NCBI GenBank assembly: GCA_036677365.1
Contig: JAVBWN010000024.1
Location: 1-20,838, forward strand
DNA from: Acholeplasma sp.
Lineage (GTDB): Bacteria; Bacillota_I; Bacilli_A; Acholeplasmatales; UBA5453
Direction: 5' to 3'
DNA length: 20,838 bases
Shown one piece after another: positions 17,353 to 20,838 of this stretch. The translations under genes were made by a program, and so were the position numbers. The first letter of the stretch is position 1. Each line of letters opens with the position of its first letter. The notes under the pieces were generated by a model that searched no databases, was not told where the DNA came from, and saw only the letters and a list, made by a program, of their open reading frames with translations.

Positions 17353-20300
17353 CTAAAACCAGAACCAGCCGACATAGTAGTCGCCTACTTTGATGACCAC
17401 ATAAGCATCCATCTGAAAATTATTGAACTGAGTGCCATAGACATACGCTGTAACTCCGGTCGGTAATTTGGATTCAGCCCAAATCTCATCCCAAGAATTA
17501 AAAGTACCATAGTTAGCAGTGATGTATGGGATGGCGTTGATTTCATCTAAAGTTAGTGGTGCTTCGGATGCATATTTCAAAATATAATCATTATTATGAA
17601 AAACAATTGCTTCCCTAGCTGTTTTCACGAGTGTGTGGATTTGAAAAAGTTCGTAACCAGCATTGGTTTTTTTCAAAATATATAACAAGTCATGACCAGC
17701 TGTGCTCTTAACAACATAACTCTCGATTGAATTTACATTGAGTTTAGAAGCAAGGAGTCTTAAATCACCCACCATCAAAGCAGCGATACCCATCGAATCC
17801 AAAGACAACGTATCTATACCGTCATTAGATATATTAAGTTTAGCGGTGATGAGGCTCAGTGGTGTATTCCAGATTTTTTGTTCCATCCCGTCTTTCACAT
17901 ATACTTTACCATTCAAGGCAGAAACAAGGGCGTTATAGCTCCAAATCTCATAAACCATTTGACCCGAAGCATTACGATAGGCTATTGGAATATTGGCAGA
18001 GGTTGTATCAATACCAAAATCCATCGTAAAATTCGAACGATTGTCATCGGTGTAATAAGACAACAGACCTTGAGTATTTGGTACAGAACCAGAAATACCT
18101 GCAATACCTAAATCGGTATTCGCTTTTTGCATAAAATTATAATAACTGCTTGGAAAAGCGACATCCAATAAATTGATTTGGATTTTTACATAGTTGGTAG
18201 GATCAATCAACCTAGATTCGTATTGTAATTTGATTTGTTGAGCCATGGTTTGTAAAGCTTGATTACCGCTCGATGAATAGGTCAAATCCAAAGAAATCAC
18301 TGTATAATTCGATGCAGTACCGGGCTCATAATACCCCTCAGCAATCGCTTGTTTCACCGCTTGTTCAAAGAGTGATATGGCTTTGTCTGGAACGAATCCA
18401 TGGTTATTTTGACCATATTTAGCTAAGATAGCAGCCCCAGCTGGGAGTGATCTAATCGAAACACCGTGAATCACATCGATGAAGTAATTATTAGTAAATA
18501 TGGTATAAGCAGGGACATAAATTTTCGCTTGATTGACAGCGGCTTCATAACGGTCAAAACCATAATACAACGCCTGTCTCATCTCTTTATACATCAAAAT
18601 CGGTTCAGGGACAAAGTTTGGATTAATTGGAACATCTGGATGAGATTCGATGTAGGCATCTCTTCGTTCTACTGTACCAAATCCATTGATCACCAATCGA
18701 TAAGTTGTTGAGGTTGGTATGGTTTTGATTCGACTATCTAAAGCATACTCAAGGGTACGGTTTGTTGGTAGGTTAACCACATCGAGTTTTCCATCCAAAA
18801 ATGCTTGGAAAATAAGGTCGGTACCTGTCATAAACTGATAATGTAATCCTGTGTAGTGATACATTTCTTTTAGTGGATGATTCAAATTCTTTTTAAAAGT
18901 GAGTTGTTCACCTAATGTCCAACTATCCAAATAGTAAACGCCAGAAGACGGTGTGGATTCAGGCGAGGTTGCGTATACTTCAGGGGTTAGTTTTTGAAGC
19001 AGTTGTTGGTTCAAAGGGGATAGTGATGGTGAAGAAAATTGATATTTAACATCAAATGCTGTTTTATCTGTGGTGTACTCAATTTCTATGGTGTTTGAAC
19101 TGCCAGAAGAAAGTCTTAAACCGACCTCATGGATACCGATAGATCCAGCTAAAAATTCTGAGGCTCCTTTGATCTGGTTACTAACAAAATCACCACCGCC
19201 GGTACGAGCTCTAAACCATTGTTGTTGTAAAGCATAACGGTATGACCATAAGAAGTCTTCTGCATTTAAGACCTCATGACCACTTGGCAGACCGGATAAA
19301 TTCGTATTTGGATGATATTTCCAAGTCAAATTGTTTTTAACTGGGATTTGCCAAACTTTAGCATAGGTTTGACCATTGATAACGGTTGGATTGATAGGAA
19401 TAGGATCTGATTCAGCCAATGAAGGTTGAAGTTTGAACCCAGTCTTGGTGTCATCAAAGAATCTATCGTACAATGTGCCATTGAATTGTTTTATGAATTC
19501 ATCGTTATATGAGTTATCGTTCTTCCATGGATTCAGTAAATCTGGGTCTTGATTGTAAACAGACCTAAATGTGAATTCGTTTGCGTTTCCATAAGTGTTT
19601 CCGGACATAATGACATTCGAATCATCAGCATTGAGTTTCGAAAAGGGTACGCCAAAGCCTAAAACACCGTTGTATGATGGACTGAATAATTCAACCCTAC
19701 TCGAAAACATCATACGTGTCGCACCTGTGAATAAAGGTACCCCTGCGTAGACATTTTCCAATAGGTAGTTTTCCGCTGCTGCATAGATCTTCGCAATCTC
19801 GGTATAGTTTAAATCAGAGAAGTCATATAACCCATTTGCTTTTTGAAAAAATGACATCGGCACATCCATAGTAATGTCTGGACCAATGACATCCATTTTA
19901 CCAACGATATGAAGTTGAAGGATAGCTACATCCATCAAACTGATTTGACCATCTTGGTTGATGTCAGCCAGTGCAAGCACAGCAGTTGGTAACAACGTTT
20001 GACCTGCCAAATGCAGTTGAATCATTAAAGCATCTTGGATGGTGACTTTACCATCGATATTCAGGTCACCAAATACACCCACATGGACTGCGATGAAAAT
20101 ATAAGATACATCTGGAATCGTAGAGATTTGGTCACCTGGACCTAGTTTTATGATTTCATTGTTAAACGTTGGATCTATCGTAATAACGGTATGTTGACCA
20201 TAGGGGATGAAGGATTGGACCTTAAAAGACAATTTAAACAATGTATTCAACCCAGTCATCGAACTACTGGTTTGACTGAAAGCTACTGAGATCATCCCTG

Positions 20301-20598
20301 GCGTTTCAATGTTATAAATCAAGCCTGGAAATTGATTCGTATCAAAATGAAAAGCCAATAATTCAAATACAGCTGCATCATAAAGTAGTCGAATTTGATA
20401 ACCAGCAATTGCGTGAGGTGAGTCTAAGGTGACTTCAACATCAAAAGGAAGCCCATGAGACGTATATACCCCATTGGTGGATGAAACCATCGTCATCGGC
20501 GTGTCAAGAGCATCTATTTTGGTATAACCAAAGATAAAAAAGCTCCAAAGACTGATTAATGATACGATAAAAAACCGACGAATATAGCGACGTAACAT
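17353..20598 (-). CDS. Secreted cohesin-dockerin-OppA fusion (ABC family-5 substrate-binding protein)
   Basis: Signal peptide about aa 1-30 with no Cys lipobox. Cohesin-like aa ~35-172. Dockerin aa ~175-236 (GDLNIDGKVTIQD...ADINQDGQISLMD). SBP family-5 motifs DPDLLNP, PSLAES, AEDFLWS, SGVYYLDSW, RQALYYGFDR. GGAGGTGG RBS. Confidence 0.85.
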   Translation of the reverse strand: MLRRYIRRFFIVSLISLWSFFIFGYTKIDALDTPMTMVSSTNGVYTSHGLPFDVEVTLDSPHAIAGYQIRLLYDAAVFELLAFHFDTNQFPGLIYNIETPGMISVAFSQTSSSMTGLNTLFKLSFKVQSFIPYGQHTVITIDPTFNNEIIKLGPGDQISTIPDVSYIFIAVHVGVFGDLNIDGKVTIQDALMIQLHLAGQTLLPTAVLALADINQDGQISLMDVAILQLHIVGKMDVIGPDITMDVPMSFFQKANGLYDFSDLNYTEIAKIYAAAENYLLENVYAGVPLFTGATRMMFSSRVELFSPSYNGVLGFGVPFSKLNADDSNVIMSGNTYGNANEFTFRSVYNQDPDLLNPWKNDNSYNDEFIKQFNGTLYDRFFDDTKTGFKLQPSLAESDPIPINPTVINGQTYAKVWQIPVKNNLTWKYHPNTNLSGLPSGHEVLNAEDFLWSYRYALQQQWFRARTGGGDFVSNQIKGASEFLAGSIGIHEVGLRLSSGSSNTIEIEYTTDKTAFDVKYQFSSPSLSPLNQQLLQKLTPEVYATSPESTPSSGVYYLDSWTLGEQLTFKKNLNHPLKEMYHYTGLHYQFMTGTDLIFQAFLDGKLDVVNLPTNRTLEYALDSRIKTIPTSTTYRLVINGFGTVERRDAYIESHPDVPINPNFVPEPILMYKEMRQALYYGFDRYEAAVNQAKIYVPAYTIFTNNYFIDVIHGVSIRSLPAGAAILAKYGQNNHGFVPDKAISLFEQAVKQAIAEGYYEPGTASNYTVISLDLTYSSSGNQALQTMAQQIKLQYESRLIDPTNYVKIQINLLDVAFPSSYYNFMQKANTDLGIAGISGSVPNTQGLLSYYTDDNRSNFTMDFGIDTTSANIPIAYRNASGQMVYEIWSYNALVSALNGKVYVKDGMEQKIWNTPLSLITAKLNISNDGIDTLSLDSMGIAALMVGDLRLLASKLNVNSIESYVVKSTAGHDLLYILKKTNAGYELFQIHTLVKTAREAIVFHNNDYILKYASEAPLTLDEINAIPYITANYGTFNSWDEIWAESKLPTGVTAYVYGTQFNNFQMDAYVVIKVGDYYVGWFWF

Positions 20599-20707
20599 GT
20601 GTCCACCTCCAATTTGAGACTAAAGTATTCAATTTCTGTTGAATTTATAAACATTTTACATCATTCATTATAAAAAGCAATACTTATTTTGATAGTCTAG
20701 AATCAAT

Positions 20708-20738
20708 AAAGAACAAAGAGGTGAATAAATCACCCTTT
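20708..20738 (-). terminator. Possible terminator of an upstream minus-strand transcript
   Basis: Minus strand AAAGGGTGA-TTTAT-TCACCTCTTT followed by GTTCTTT. Confidence 0.45.
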
Positions 20739-20838
20739 ACAGAATGATTTGATTTCCTCTTAACGATTTAACTCGTCTTATTTAAAGCGACTACACACCA
20801 AATAGGTATGTACGCTTAGGCGTGTTCACGCCTCTAGT

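Noticed and set aside
3177..18711. Short antisense or alternate-frame ORFs in the track (e.g. 3177-3443, 5011-5467, 12569-12925, 13186-15080, 16308-16604, 17738-18711)
   Set aside because: They overlap well-supported genes and show no recognisable motifs, consistent with shadow ORFs.
16036..20598. A true cellulosome locus
   Set aside because: No glycoside hydrolase, CBM or multi-cohesin scaffoldin is recognisable in the window. The cargo is a peptide-binding domain.

Overview
AT-rich bacterial chromosomal window read with the standard genetic code (Trp is TGG; vanZ ends in TGA). Gene content and protein style suggest an Acholeplasmatales mollicute (inference). The window opens with the 3' end of an IS200/IS605-family element (TnpB C-terminus plus omega-RNA/right end) inserted into a TPR-protein gene. 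Housekeeping genes follow: inositol monophosphatase, Ldh_2 dehydrogenase, galE, a PrsW-type protease, a stand-alone RNase III domain, ferredoxin-NADP reductase and pflBA. Two genes are broken: vanZ (frameshift) and a YwaF-like gene (in-frame stop). Two loci stand out. (1) A minus-strand operon encodes a secreted cohesin-dockerin-OppA fusion and a lipoprotein with a C-terminal cohesin-like module, suggesting a non-cellulosomal cohesin-dockerin scaffold that displays a peptide-binding protein. (2) A promoter, structured leader RNA, DUF2828 (TROVE/Ro60-like vWA) gene and XRE HTH gene form a unit resembling a Ro60/Y-RNA-like ribonucleoprotein system with its own regulator and candidate operator.
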